A stretch of 64,000 bases of DNA from Calditrichaceae bacterium (GCA_050173015.1 JBFXLE010000012.1:32001-96000); one strand, 5' to 3'. Shown: positions 1 through 10,294, counted from the first letter of the stretch. A program made the numbers and translations. Notes: generated by a model not told the origin, from the letters alone.

Positions 1-54
1 AAAAACATGGAATTTAAGGATAAATTGAGGAAAAAACAATCCTTATTATTAGAT

Positions 55-600
55 CTATTTCTCCTGGCCTACAAGGTTAATCCGATTCTGATCAACAACA
101 GCCGGTTCATGGATAAGGCTGTCCTTCTTACCGGACGCATTTATCTTGGTTGCTTCACTCGCGATACTTGTTTCTTGAGTTACTTTGTAGACGGGGGCAT
201 CGCTTCTTGATATCGTCGAAGAATGCTGTAAAGCTGAGGGTGGAGCAGCCGTGTTTGTTGATGTGAAGTCAGTAGCTATGAAAAAGTACATTGCTGCTGC
301 AAGGGCTATTCCTGAAAAACCAACTGACAATCGTCGGATTGAAAACATAGGTGATTTTTCGGTAATTGGATCCATGTTGATAATTTGCTGGCGGAGTCTG
401 GAATCGAAATCATCCGAAATATTTACTTTCGGCATCACGCTGAGTTTTTGCGTCAGGAGCTTGACCTGCGAAAAAACTTCATTGCAGTTCTGACAAGCAC
501 GAATGTGGTCATCAATCGTTTTCCGTGTATCAGACGACAATGTATTGCTCAGATATTCAGACAATAAGCTTTTAGTCCTGTCGCAAGAAATCATATGCAT
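55..600 (-). CDS. Zinc-finger (zf-HC2) membrane-anchored anti-sigma factor
   Basis: HxxxCxxC motif (HIRACQNC) near the N-terminus, one TM segment, directly downstream of an ECF sigma. Confidence 0.85.
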   Translation of the reverse strand: MHMISCDRTKSLLSEYLSNTLSSDTRKTIDDHIRACQNCNEVFSQVKLLTQKLSVMPKVNISDDFDSRLRQQIINMDPITEKSPMFSIRRLSVGFSGIALAAAMYFFIATDFTSTNTAAPPSALQHSSTISRSDAPVYKVTQETSIASEATKINASGKKDSLIHEPAVVDQNRINLVGQEK

Positions 601-611
601 CTCCTCAAAAT

Positions 612-1226
612 TTACACATCATTCATTAAATCTTTCAAATCTTCCTGGAGCTTCAGCCTCGCGCGGTTAACACGTGATTTTACAGTTCCTAAAGGAATAC
701 CAACAATCTCAGCGATTTCTTCGTAGGAAAATCCCTGGATGTCTCTTAATATGATCACCTGTTTAAACTTTGGTGACAATTTATTGATCGCTTTTTGAAT
801 TATCTGATCAGTTATAACAGAATTGACATCAATTTCAGGATTTGTCTCATAATCCGGAATGTCATAATCCTTCTCCGTCGACATATAATAACTAATAGAG
901 TAAAGGTTACGCCGTTTCCGCTTTCTAAGTTCCGTTTTAGCTAAATTACTTGCAATCGTATAAATCCAGGTTGAGAATTTTGCAATTTCTTTGTAATAAT
1001 GCTTGTTTTTAAATAATCTTAAAAACGTTTCCTGAACGATATCTTCCGCTTCATTTTTTTCACCTAAAAAGCGGTACACAAAGTTAAGCAACGGTTCTTT
1101 GTATCTTTTAACAAGCAGATCAAACGCATAGTTATCTCCCTGCTGAAAACGGGAGATTAATATTTCATCCGACAGATCGGTGCCTTTTTGAATCTGCGCG
1201 TTGGTCTGGTTTTCTATCTTAACCAT
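612..1226 (-). CDS. rpoE: ECF RNA polymerase sigma factor (RpoE/SigW-like)
   Basis: AEDIVQETF, KFSTWIYTIA (region 2) and SYEEIAEIVGIPLGTVKSRVNRAR (region 4). Confidence 0.9.
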   Translation of the reverse strand: MVKIENQTNAQIQKGTDLSDEILISRFQQGDNYAFDLLVKRYKEPLLNFVYRFLGEKNEAEDIVQETFLRLFKNKHYYKEIAKFSTWIYTIASNLAKTELRKRKRRNLYSISYYMSTEKDYDIPDYETNPEIDVNSVITDQIIQKAINKLSPKFKQVIILRDIQGFSYEEIAEIVGIPLGTVKSRVNRARLKLQEDLKDLMNDV

Positions 1227-1242
1227 ATTTTTTAACGTTTCT

Positions 1243-1270
1243 TTAACATTGATAAATTTTTGTAAGTTCC
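1243..1270 (-). promoter_or_regulatory. ECF/sigmaE-type promoter GGAACTT-N16-GTTAA upstream of the ECF sigma gene
   Basis: Minus strand reads GGAACTT acaaaaatttatcaat GTTAA, matching the GGAACTT-N16 RpoE-type architecture. Confidence 0.6.
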
Positions 1271-1304
1271 ATTTTTTTTTCTATTTTCAAAATAAGATAA
1301 ATTC

Positions 1305-2306
1305 TCAGATCCTGCAAATTTTATAACATAACATCTGCATAGCGGCGTCGTCTTTCAATGGGGATGATTTCAATGCTATATCCATCTCATGGAGTAGCCC
1401 GAGAATTGAATCAATTTGTGGTTCCGAAAAATGAGTCAGAGAGTCAAATGCATCCTTTAGTTGAAATTCATTTTTATTCATTTCAGTCAAGATTTGAGAC
1501 CGGGATTTCCCCATTTTTCTTAGTGAAGCGGCAATCAATGCTCTTCTGAAAAAGCCAAATAAAAATGCACAGATTATATTGGCATTTTCACCCGATTCCA
1601 GAAGTTTTTTACTTACCTGAATACTCAGGGATAATTGCCTGTGGGCAAGAGCCGACTGCAGAGCAAAAACATTGGTTTCTTTTGAAATTCCGGTTGTCAC
1701 AGAGAGATCATCCACTGTGATCAAAGACTGATCGCCTTTAAAATTGCGCGCTTTTTCCAATTCCAGGTCCAGATTCAACAGATTTGTACCGATATGATCG
1801 ACGAGAAACTGGAGTGCCGGGACTTCTATTTTGATCTCATTCTGTTTGCATCGTTCCTTTAGAAAATCCAAAATATGGTAATCTTTAATCGGATTGCATT
1901 CAACCGATAGGGCAATCTTCTTGATGGATTGAAAAATTTTTGTTCTGCCGTGTTCTTCCGTGCTTAGCACAAGGCAGGTGCTGTCCTGAGGATGAGTAAG
2001 ATATTTTTCGAATGATTCGGGATCCGATATATTCATCCGGTTCAAATCTCTGACAATTACAAGTTTCTTGTCAGAAAGCATGGGATAGGCAAGGCAGGCG
2101 GATATGACTTCGCTCAACGTTCCTTCCGTTCCATAGACGAGTGAAAGATTTAAACTTTTTGCCGATGGATCCGGAAAAATGGCCTGATCAAGAGTCCGTA
2201 TGATCAAATCATGGAAATATTTTTCTTTACCCACAAGATAATATACCGGAGCAATCTGACCGCTTTGAATAGATTTTACAATATTGTTTACAGATGTTTT
2301 TGACAT
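1305..2306 (-). CDS. holA: DNA polymerase III delta subunit
   Basis: APVYYLVGKEKYF start, PMLSDKKLVIVRD, ELEK; 333 aa. Confidence 0.9.
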   Translation of the reverse strand: MSKTSVNNIVKSIQSGQIAPVYYLVGKEKYFHDLIIRTLDQAIFPDPSAKSLNLSLVYGTEGTLSEVISACLAYPMLSDKKLVIVRDLNRMNISDPESFEKYLTHPQDSTCLVLSTEEHGRTKIFQSIKKIALSVECNPIKDYHILDFLKERCKQNEIKIEVPALQFLVDHIGTNLLNLDLELEKARNFKGDQSLITVDDLSVTTGISKETNVFALQSALAHRQLSLSIQVSKKLLESGENANIICAFLFGFFRRALIAASLRKMGKSRSQILTEMNKNEFQLKDAFDSLTHFSEPQIDSILGLLHEMDIALKSSPLKDDAAMQMLCYKICRI

Positions 2307-2312
2307 ATTGAT

Positions 2313-3776
2313 CTAAATTTTGTTATTGGTTCTCAGGGTGTTTGTTAGTTTTTTATTGAACAGTATCCCTGCAATTAGGACAATCGCCCATTGCAAAACA
2401 GATGTGCCCGGACTGAATGTTTCCAGCGGATTCCACCATGTTTCGGGATACCAGAGAACAGATTGATAAAGCCACCAGGATAGCATAACAATAAATTCAA
2501 GTGGAAGAACAAAATAGAACAGTATCCTGAATATCTTGATATACGCGGCATGTTGACGCGTTGGAGAAAGCCAGTTCTCAATAAATTTCTTAGCGCCTAT
2601 TTTTATCACTGCGAGTGTAAAGAAAAAACCACTGAGCATCAACCCCAACCCCCAAACCCAATCCTGATTATTGAAAAAGGAGAGTGAAATTGCCGATGGC
2701 ATACCGACGACCGAAGTCAAAACAGCAATCAAAATCACGGATTTCTTCCTTCTGAATCCAAAATCCATTAACATTCTTACCGCCAGTTCAATCATCGAAA
2801 TCAAGCTGCTCATTGCCGCAAAAAACAATGCCAGAAAAAAAATAGTCGTAAATATTTCTGAGCCGGGCATTTTTGCAAATAGTTGGGGAATCACTATAAA
2901 TGCCAAACCCTGATTTCCCGCGGACAGCGCGTCATTTGCCGCCTGCGAATTCACACTAAGCGCGAATACTGTCGGAATGACAACCAATCCGGCGAGGATT
3001 GAAGCGAAATTGTTCCCAACACCGGCTAAAAACGAATTCTGCACTATTTTTTCGTCCTTTTTTGCATAAATAGCATAAGTCAGTAATAAGCCCCAACCCG
3101 CTCCGGTTGACCAGGCGGATTGCGATAATCCTTCCAGCCAGACTTTGTAGTTTGAAAGCGTCTCCAGGTCAATGCTAAAAAAATAAGCCAATCCTTTAGA
3201 TGATCCGGGCAGGGTTATCGCTTTGACCGCGGCTGTGATTAGTAAAACGTATAAAAGCGGTACAATAATCTTTGAAAATTTTTCTATACCATTGACAATG
3301 CCTCGGTAAATGATAAACGCGCCCGCCAAAATGGATACAAGATGAAAAAGAACAGGTTCGTACACCGATGCCGTATATTCCTGCCAATAGACAGCATGAT
3401 TGAGTGTCGCTAGTTTTCCGGTCAGCGCGAGTACAAAATATTTAAGGCTCCATCCACACACAACGGAATAATAAAACAATATGGCGGTTGTGCAGAAACC
3501 GACAAACAAGCCCATCCACGCGAATTCTTTCCCCATTGCTTCTTTAAAAGATCCAATGGTACCCATTTTAACTCTTTTGCCTATGGAAAATTCTACAATT
3601 AAAAGAGGAATAGACCAAAGAAAAAGAAACAAAAACCAGGGAATTAAAAATGATCCCCCGTATTGTCCGGCAAGCCGGGGAAAACGCCATATGTTACCGG
3701 CCCCTATCGCCATACCCAGTGTGGCGGCGATAAGTCCAAACCGGGATGAGAACAGTTCCTTGTTTAACTCGGACAT
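2313..3776 (-). CDS. Sodium-dependent transporter (NSS/SNF family)
   Basis: GMAIGAGNIWRFP signature, about 12 TM segments. Confidence 0.92.
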   Translation of the reverse strand: MSELNKELFSSRFGLIAATLGMAIGAGNIWRFPRLAGQYGGSFLIPWFLFLFLWSIPLLIVEFSIGKRVKMGTIGSFKEAMGKEFAWMGLFVGFCTTAILFYYSVVCGWSLKYFVLALTGKLATLNHAVYWQEYTASVYEPVLFHLVSILAGAFIIYRGIVNGIEKFSKIIVPLLYVLLITAAVKAITLPGSSKGLAYFFSIDLETLSNYKVWLEGLSQSAWSTGAGWGLLLTYAIYAKKDEKIVQNSFLAGVGNNFASILAGLVVIPTVFALSVNSQAANDALSAGNQGLAFIVIPQLFAKMPGSEIFTTIFFLALFFAAMSSLISMIELAVRMLMDFGFRRKKSVILIAVLTSVVGMPSAISLSFFNNQDWVWGLGLMLSGFFFTLAVIKIGAKKFIENWLSPTRQHAAYIKIFRILFYFVLPLEFIVMLSWWLYQSVLWYPETWWNPLETFSPGTSVLQWAIVLIAGILFNKKLTNTLRTNNKI

Positions 3777-3780
3777 AATA

Positions 3781-4590
3781 TTATCTCAGATAAAACCAGG
3801 TTATTCCGGTGATTGATACGGCCATGCAATAATAACCAAACCACTGTAATTTGCCTCTTTTTACGACATCGAGCAGAAGGATTATCGCAAAGTAGCCTGA
3901 TATGAAAGATACGAGTGCTCCGGCAAGAAGATTCATGATCTCATCGGAAGTTGGCGGAACTTTTATCAGATCATTTAATTTTAATACAACAGCTCCGAGA
4001 ATCGCGGGAATGGACATGATGAAGGAAAATTTTGCGACTTTCTCCCGGTCCAAACCGAATGCCATGCCGGTGAAAATAGTGCTCCCGCTGCGTGAAATTC
4101 CCGGCAAAATAGCAATAGACTGGGCAATTCCGATAATCAGGGAATTGACATAATTGAACTCAGTGTTTTTTTGTTTTAAAAATTGTGAACTCCACATGAG
4201 GATAGCGGTGATCATCAGCATGAAGAATACTAACAGGATGTTTGAGAACAGAGCTTCTATTGGATCTTTTAATGTAAGGCCAATGATTACAGCGGGGATG
4301 GTAGCGACAATTATGTAATAATCCCATTTTAAGAATTCGGCTAACTCAGAATCTGATTCTTTGAGTACCAAAACTTTGTAAGGGGCTATCACCATTTTAG
4401 AAAGTTCATAACGAAACGCTAACAGTACGGAGAGAAGCGTTCCGAAGTGAACAAAGACCTCAAAAGCAATTCCCGGTTGGTGAAAATTTAAGAGTTCTCC
4501 AAAGATGACCAGATGTCCGGAACTCGAAATCGGCAGAAACTCAGACAGTCCCTGAATCAGCCCAAGTATAATAGCTTTAATTAATTCCAC
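3781..4590 (-). CDS. uppP: Undecaprenyl-diphosphate phosphatase
   Basis: QGLSEFLPISSSGHL and PGISRSGST motifs; GTG start at 4590 chosen because of an upstream GGAG RBS. Confidence 0.95.
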   Translation of the reverse strand: MELIKAIILGLIQGLSEFLPISSSGHLVIFGELLNFHQPGIAFEVFVHFGTLLSVLLAFRYELSKMVIAPYKVLVLKESDSELAEFLKWDYYIIVATIPAVIIGLTLKDPIEALFSNILLVFFMLMITAILMWSSQFLKQKNTEFNYVNSLIIGIAQSIAILPGISRSGSTIFTGMAFGLDREKVAKFSFIMSIPAILGAVVLKLNDLIKVPPTSDEIMNLLAGALVSFISGYFAIILLLDVVKRGKLQWFGYYCMAVSITGITWFYLR

Positions 4591-4761
4591 AATAACTCCA
4601 ATGCAGGTATCATTATGCGCATAATAAAAAATCAATACGGGTATTCATTTTAAATACTAAATTTATTTAATTTTATTATATTAAACAACATCAAATAGAA
4701 TCGCCTTGTTTATGTATTCATTGTTGAATTCAGATTTTATGGAAATTAAAATGGAGGAAAT

Positions 4762-5235
4762 TTGAAAAAGACTGTCTTACCCCTTGACAAGCATCAAACA
4801 GAAGCTGACTGGAAAGAATTTGAGAAAATCTGGAATGAGAGTGAACAATTAAAGTATTTTGGTTTTAAAGTTGATTTGAGTGATCCGGAGCATCCTGTGG
4901 CCCTGATTCCCGACATAGAGCCGCATCACCTTGGAGGACTCGGGTCAGGTTTTGTAAACGGGGCCATTGTTGCCGCGTTATGTGATCTGGCTGTGGGGCT
5001 TACCGGATCGATTCAGTTGGGGTGTCGTATCAAGGGGACAGCTGAACTCAATATTCGTTATCTGTATCCGCTTGTGTCAAAAAGCGTTAAAGCGGTGGGA
5101 AAGGTCGAGCGGGTTTCAAAAAATCTGGCGTTTACGTCGGCAGATGTTTATGATGACAGCGGGAAAATTTGCGCGATTGCCCAGGGAATTGTCGCTTGTA
5201 GTTCACGTTTAAACGGTTTACCTGATGAAGAATAA
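4762..5235 (+). CDS. PaaI-family hotdog thioesterase
   Basis: GFVNGAIVAALCD motif, TAELNIRYL strand pattern. Confidence 0.8.
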   Translation: MKKTVLPLDKHQTEADWKEFEKIWNESEQLKYFGFKVDLSDPEHPVALIPDIEPHHLGGLGSGFVNGAIVAALCDLAVGLTGSIQLGCRIKGTAELNIRYLYPLVSKSVKAVGKVERVSKNLAFTSADVYDDSGKICAIAQGIVACSSRLNGLPDEE

Positions 5236-5257
5236 TATCTAATAAAGCTATAAAAAG

Positions 5258-5288
5258 AAAAACGGGGCATCAGAAGGCCCCGTTTTTT
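5258..5288. terminator. Bidirectional intrinsic terminator between the thioesterase gene and groEL
   Basis: AAAAACGGGGC-loop-GCCCCGTTTTT hairpin between convergent genes. Confidence 0.8.
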
Positions 5289-5304
5289 ATATAAGATAGC
5301 ATCG

Positions 5305-6930
5305 TTAATACATACCACCCATACCGCCTGGAGGCATATCAGGAGGAGCAGGATTCTCCTCGGGTTTGTCTGTGATCAATGCTTCGGTCATGAGGAGCAG
5401 GCCGGCGACAGATGACGCGTTTTCGAGCGCGCTCCTTGTCACTTTTGTCGGGTCAATCACCCCTGCTTCAAGAAGATCCTCATAGATTTCAGTCGCGGCA
5501 TTAAATCCGTATGCATCTTTGCCTTCTTTTACTTTTTGAACAACTACGGATCCTTCCAGGCCCGCGTTGTTAACGATCTGCCGAATTGGCTCCTCAAGGG
5601 CGCGTCTTACAATATCAATACCGATTTTTTGATCACCCTTTGCTTTTAAAGAATCAAGAGCGCCAATGGAACGAAGGAGAGCGACACCGCCACCCGGAAC
5701 AATGCCTTCATCAACAGCGGCGCGTGTCGCATGAAGCGCGTCCTCAACCCGGGCTTTCTTTTCTTTCATCTCGATTTCTGTCGCAGCGCCGATCTTTATC
5801 ACGGCGACACCACCCGCGAGTTTAGCCAGTCGTTCCTGTAATTTCTCCCGGTCATAATCGCTCGTTGTGTTTTCGATCTGAGCGCGGATTTGAGAAACCC
5901 GTCCCTTGATATCACTGCTTTTGCCGGCCCCTTCGACGATCGTAGTGTTTTCCTTGTCAATGTTAATTTTTTTAGCTTTTCCGAGATCCTCTAAAGTCGC
6001 GTTTTCCAGTTTAAACCCTGTTTCTTCGCTGATAACTTTTCCGCCGGTCAAAATAGCGATATCATCAAGCATGGCCTTCCGGCGATCGCCAAATCCCGGT
6101 GCTTTTACTGCTGCTACTTTAAGGGTGCCTCTAAGTTTATTAACCACTAAAGTGGCCAGCGCTTCCCCCTCAACATCCTCAGCGATAATCAGTAAAGGTT
6201 TCCCGGTCTGCGCGGCTTTTTCAAGCACCGGCAGGAGATCTTTCATTGTACTGATTTTTTTATCGTAAATCAGAATCAGCGCGTCTTCGAGATGTGCCTC
6301 CATTGTTTCGGAATCAGTGACGAAGTAAGGTGAACTATAACCACGGTCAAATTGCATACCTTCAACAACATCCAGAGAAGTTTCTATAGATTTTGCTTCT
6401 TCGACCGTTATCACACCATCCTTGCCTACTTTGTCCATCGCGTCCGCGATAAGGTCACCAATGGTGGGATCATTATTGGCGGAAATTGTGCCAACCTGGG
6501 CAACTTCTTTTTTTCCGGAAACATCTCTGGACATCGTTTTCAAATGCTCGATCACTTTTTTGACAGCGAGATCGATTCCGCGTTTCAATTCCGCGGGATT
6601 GGCCCCCGCGGTTACATTTTTTAGACCTTCATTAAAAATGGCCTGTGCCAGAACCGTCGCTGTGGTTGTGCCGTCACCAGCGACATCGCTGGTTTTTGAT
6701 GCCACTTCTTTAACCATTTGAGCGCCCATGTTTTCAAAAGGATCAGCAAGTTCGATTTCTTTAGCAACGGTTACACCATCCTTTGTAATGGTTGGGGCGC
6801 CAAATTTTTTGTCTATTACGACATTACGGCCTTTTGGTCCCAACGTGATTTTTACCGCCTTGGCCAGGGTATCCACGCCACGCTTGAGTTTTACCCGCGC
6901 TTCAACATCATATTCAATTAATTTAGACAT
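5305..6930 (-). CDS. groL: Chaperonin GroEL
   Basis: [27 protein letters not shown] tail. Confidence 0.99.
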   Translation of the reverse strand: MSKLIEYDVEARVKLKRGVDTLAKAVKITLGPKGRNVVIDKKFGAPTITKDGVTVAKEIELADPFENMGAQMVKEVASKTSDVAGDGTTTATVLAQAIFNEGLKNVTAGANPAELKRGIDLAVKKVIEHLKTMSRDVSGKKEVAQVGTISANNDPTIGDLIADAMDKVGKDGVITVEEAKSIETSLDVVEGMQFDRGYSSPYFVTDSETMEAHLEDALILIYDKKISTMKDLLPVLEKAAQTGKPLLIIAEDVEGEALATLVVNKLRGTLKVAAVKAPGFGDRRKAMLDDIAILTGGKVISEETGFKLENATLEDLGKAKKINIDKENTTIVEGAGKSSDIKGRVSQIRAQIENTTSDYDREKLQERLAKLAGGVAVIKIGAATEIEMKEKKARVEDALHATRAAVDEGIVPGGGVALLRSIGALDSLKAKGDQKIGIDIVRRALEEPIRQIVNNAGLEGSVVVQKVKEGKDAYGFNAATEIYEDLLEAGVIDPTKVTRSALENASSVAGLLLMTEALITDKPEENPAPPDMPPGGMGGMY

Positions 6931-6956
6931 AAATCAACCTCTTATTTATGAAGTTA

Positions 6957-7244
6957 CTATTTTAAAATTGCCAATAAATCATTTTCGTTCAAAATCAGAT
7001 AATCCTGCTTGTCCATTTTGAAGTCGGTTCCTGAATATTTACCGTATAAAACTATATCTCCCTTTTGGACATCCATGGGAATTCGTTTTCCGTCATCTGT
7101 CACGCGACCGGGACCAGCGGCAATGACTTCGCCGCGCATTGGTTTTTGCTTTGCGGTGTCCGGAACAATAATTCCTGTGGCGGTTTTTTCCTCTTCAGGA
7201 AGCGGTTTAACCAGGACTCTGTCAGACAGGGGTTTTAAATTCAT
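6957..7244 (-). CDS. groS: Co-chaperonin GroES
   Basis: [30 protein letters not shown]; adjacent to groEL. Confidence 0.97.
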   Translation of the reverse strand: MNLKPLSDRVLVKPLPEEEKTATGIIVPDTAKQKPMRGEVIAAGPGRVTDDGKRIPMDVQKGDIVLYGKYSGTDFKMDKQDYLILNENDLLAILK

Positions 7245-7326
7245 TTGTTCCTCCTAAATTGGTGATTTAATATATTTGATCTATAAGACTTATTTAGTTA
7301 TCGAGCTCAGGAATATCCCGAAAGAT

Positions 7327-7767
7327 TTAAGTGATTTTTATTTCAATTTCCTTTGATCTTGATTTTGATGATTTTGGTATTGTGATAGTCAAAATACCAT
7401 TTTCAAAATCAGCGCTGATTTTATCAGCGTTGACTTCATCGGGAATCTCAATAGATCGGTAAAATTTTCCGTAAGCGCATTCATAGCGAAGAAATACCGC
7501 TGATTTAATATCTTTTCCTGTTTTTTCACCGCTGATAATAAGCATGTTTTTCTGGAATGTGATTCTTACGTCATTTTTACTGACGCCGGGGAGTTCCGCG
7601 GAGACGATGAAACTGTGATCGCTTTCCTCCAAATTGATTCTGGGATTGACATCTGACCGTGCTTCATGTCTTTCAGACTCAGTGCCTGCAAGATCATTAA
7701 AAAGGCGGTCCAGATCATCTTTTAAAGAAAAAATGCTTCTGCCGGGTGTCCATCGTGCGAATGCCAT
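7327..7767 (-). CDS. Hsp20/alpha-crystallin small heat shock protein
   Basis: AELPGV and ADFENGILTITIPK motifs. Confidence 0.93.
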   Translation of the reverse strand: MAFARWTPGRSIFSLKDDLDRLFNDLAGTESERHEARSDVNPRINLEESDHSFIVSAELPGVSKNDVRITFQKNMLIISGEKTGKDIKSAVFLRYECAYGKFYRSIEIPDEVNADKISADFENGILTITIPKSSKSRSKEIEIKIT

Positions 7768-7805
7768 AAGACCTCCAATTATTTTAATTACAATACAGTG
7801 CTAAA

Positions 7806-7823
7806 TAGCAATGTTTGTGCCAG
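7806..7823 (-). promoter_or_regulatory. Sigma54 (-24/-12) promoter of hsp20-groES-groEL
   Basis: Minus strand CTGGCACAAACATTGCTA = TGGCAC-N5-TTGCT, about 40 bp upstream of the hsp20 start. Confidence 0.75.
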
Positions 7824-7838
7824 TGTTGATTGACAAGT

Positions 7839-7851
7839 TAAGTGTTTAATA
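7839..7851 (-). promoter_or_regulatory. Possible IHF site upstream of the sigma54 promoter
   Basis: TATTAAACACTTA versus consensus WATCAANNNNTTR (one mismatch), just upstream of -24. Confidence 0.4.
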
Positions 7852-8084
7852 ATACAATAGATATGAATAGAGCGAAATGGTTGAATTGTTTTAGGCTTTT
7901 TGGGTCTGATGGTTAATATGGCGTATAAGTAGTACAAAATGGCTGACAAGTGCAATTTTGGCATATAATAGACCGGGCGAGCTGAATTTTGCAAAAAGGG
8001 AAGGTAGTGGACAATCGACATTGATTGTAGACGCTGTTCTGCATAGATTACTTTTCAAAATGCAATGATTAATGAGGATTAAAA

Positions 8085-8387
8085 ATGGTAAAGCATATTG
8101 TTTTATGGAGATTTAAAACGGAAGGGGACACGGATAATAAATTAAGAAAAATGCAAAAACTGAAAATTATGATAGAAGCGTTAAGGGAAAACATTGATGG
8201 TATCCTGGAGCTTGAAGTGGGTATAGATATCAACAACTCCGAATCCAGCGCGGATATGGTTTTGTATTCCGTTTTTGAGAGCAGACAGGCATATGATTTT
8301 TACCAGGCCCATCCGGAGCACCAAAAGGTCGCTTCCAAGCTTAAAGAAATAACGCTTGAGCGAAGGGTGGCTGATTATGAAATATGA
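8085..8387 (+). CDS. Dabb-family stress-responsive A/B barrel protein
   Basis: MVKHIVLWRFK start, YQAHPEH, terminal VADYE. Confidence 0.88.
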   Translation: MVKHIVLWRFKTEGDTDNKLRKMQKLKIMIEALRENIDGILELEVGIDINNSESSADMVLYSVFESRQAYDFYQAHPEHQKVASKLKEITLERRVADYEI

Positions 8388-8427
8388 TTGTAATTTAGAG
8401 TAACTTCAAGGGCGGGAAAAATTAGAT

Positions 8428-8994
8428 ATGTCAGAACAAATTGATCGAATCTATAAACAATTTTATTCACAACTTTTACTTTATATAAAGAAACGTATTC
8501 CGGATTCCGATGATGCCGAGGATATCCTTCAAAGTGTTTATTTAAAACTATTGACAAGCGCTGATCAATTGAGAGAAAAAGATAAACTTGCAGGCTGGAT
8601 TTACGCGGTCGCTCATAATGCTGTAACGGATTATTATCGAAAAAAACGTGTCTCATTCGAAAATATTGAACCTGATGAATTAGCGGAGATTGATGAATCT
8701 GATGATCATAGCAGAACTAATGATATCTATCAATGCGTGCTCCCGTTTATTTATCAACTGCCTGAAAAATACAGAGGAGCAATTTTGCTGGCTGATGTGG
8801 AAAACAAATCAATGCGCGACATTGCCAGAGAAATGGGAATTTCGGTAACAGCCGCAAAATCAAGGGTACAAAGAGCCCGGAAAATGGCGCGTGAACTGTT
8901 CCTTGCCTGCTGTAAAATCACCTATGATTCCAAAGGAAAATTTATCGATTACATACCGCTTGGAAGTCAGGATGAAGAATGTAATAATTGCTGA
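8428..8994 (+). CDS. ECF sigma factor, SigZ-like, with Cys-rich C-terminus
   Basis: DAEDILQ, WIYAVAHN, AKSRVQRAR, then ACC...CNNC tail. Confidence 0.85.
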   Translation: MSEQIDRIYKQFYSQLLLYIKKRIPDSDDAEDILQSVYLKLLTSADQLREKDKLAGWIYAVAHNAVTDYYRKKRVSFENIEPDELAEIDESDDHSRTNDIYQCVLPFIYQLPEKYRGAILLADVENKSMRDIAREMGISVTAAKSRVQRARKMARELFLACCKITYDSKGKFIDYIPLGSQDEECNNC

Positions 8995-9029
8995 AAACAA
9001 AAAATGAAACTCAGGAAATATAAGGTATT

Positions 9030-9488
9030 ATGAGTAGCTCATCGGTGAATAGCGGTTTTAGTTTTGATATTCCTGAAAGTTTCGAGGAACAAGGATGTTA
9101 TCGCGTGCTTTATGTTCATCAGGGAACTGCCGGGGCGCTGGAAATTCTGAGCAGGTGTTACAATAATCAGCCGGATTTGAGCGACATTTTAATACTTAGA
9201 GAGACAGATACTCCCGAAACAAATTCAAGATCCTGGCGAGATATAAAGACATCCTATGCGGATTATATTGTCATTTACACAAAAGAGCAAATTGGATTGT
9301 CTGAAATCCGCGAGATCAGACGCGGCCTGAATACAAATGGTTTGGTTGTTTTTACAAAGACGCCACCTGAAATTGAAAACGTATCTAAGTTGTTTATTTC
9401 CAATGGTTTTAAGAGTGTGGGGCCGGCGCATGCCACTATTATAATATTTAAAATGACACAAATTGCCTGTTGCGGAAATATCAGATAA
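9030..9488 (+). CDS. Hypothetical protein, possibly a degenerate SAM methyltransferase-like fold, C-terminal CC
   Basis: ORF directly after the ECF gene; EIRRGLNTNGLVVF resembles the ExxRvLkpgG methyltransferase motif; ends ACCGNIR. Confidence 0.5.
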   Translation: MSSSSVNSGFSFDIPESFEEQGCYRVLYVHQGTAGALEILSRCYNNQPDLSDILILRETDTPETNSRSWRDIKTSYADYIVIYTKEQIGLSEIREIRRGLNTNGLVVFTKTPPEIENVSKLFISNGFKSVGPAHATIIIFKMTQIACCGNIR

Positions 9489-9738
9489 TTATCAGGTCAC
9501 CATAGGTAAATTAACTGAAAAACGATTGGTCAGGACCAGGACACAGAGACAATATGATATCTGCTTGATTTTTAGCTGTAAAGAATTTAAATTATGCCGC
9601 TAAAGTAAAACACTGAGAGTTATTAATTTATGTAACTTTTGGCGAAACGGGACATCAAAAAAAGCGCTGAATCAGAAAAATGTGATGTTGAAAAGGTAAG
9701 ATTCGGGCGTTTAAATTTTAGATGGAGGTTTTAGCGAT

Positions 9739-9984
9739 ATGTCCACTCAGCCAAAAGTTATTGTTTTTTCTACGCCGACATGTTCATTTTGCAACACGGC
9801 CAAAAGATATTTCAGGGAAAAAAATATAAAATTCAGAGATGTTGACGTCTCAAAAGATGCCCGGGCCGCCGCGGATATGCAGCGCAGGACCGGACAGACC
9901 GGAGTACCGGTCATTTTAATTAATAACCGGCCAATAATTGGATTTGATAAACAAAAAATTAATCAAATGTTAGGTATAAAGTAA
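9739..9984 (+). CDS. Glutaredoxin-like protein (NrdH/YruB type)
   Basis: TPTCSFC active site, GVPVI, IIGFD; GGAGG RBS. Confidence 0.9.
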   Translation: MSTQPKVIVFSTPTCSFCNTAKRYFREKNIKFRDVDVSKDARAAADMQRRTGQTGVPVILINNRPIIGFDKQKINQMLGIK

Positions 9985-9994
9985 GGAGATTAAC

Positions 9995-10264
9995 GTGAAT
10001 ATTAAGCCATTGGATGATCGTATTCTGATCGAACAGGTAGAAGAAGAAGTTCAAAAAGTAGGTTCAATTATCATACCTGACTCTGCCAAAGAAAAACCGC
10101 GTATGGGCAAAGTTGTCGCTGTAGGAACTGATGAAGATTTAAAGGAACTTGTAAAAGTAGGTGATACGGTTCTTTACTCAAAATATTCCGGTGATGAGAT
10201 AAAAGTAGAAAACAGAGAGTACTTAATTGTACAACGCAGTGATGTGTTAGCTATCGTCGGATAA
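9995..10264 (+). CDS. groS: Second, stand-alone co-chaperonin GroES
   Basis: [32 protein letters not shown]; no groEL downstream. Confidence 0.92.
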   Translation: MNIKPLDDRILIEQVEEEVQKVGSIIIPDSAKEKPRMGKVVAVGTDEDLKELVKVGDTVLYSKYSGDEIKVENREYLIVQRSDVLAIVG

Positions 10265-10269
10265 AAAAA

Positions 10270-10294
10270 TAGGGCTTTTATAGCCCTTTTTTTT
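10270..10294 (+). terminator. Intrinsic terminator after groES2
   Basis: AGGGCT-loop-AGCCCT followed by a T run. Confidence 0.75.

Noticed and set aside
7796-7804. TTAGCACTG (minus strand), resembling a CIRCE half-site upstream of hsp20
   Set aside because: The second half-site at 9 bp spacing is absent (ATTATTTTA), so it is not a CIRCE
8980-8994. CNNC-TGA end of the ECF sigma as possible selenocysteine readthrough
   Set aside because: No SECIS-like hairpin follows and readthrough adds only about 12 residues
9527-9538. TGGTCAGGACCA palindrome as a second FadR site
   Set aside because: Spacing is TGGT-N4-ACCA rather than N3 and the context is unrelated; may be chance
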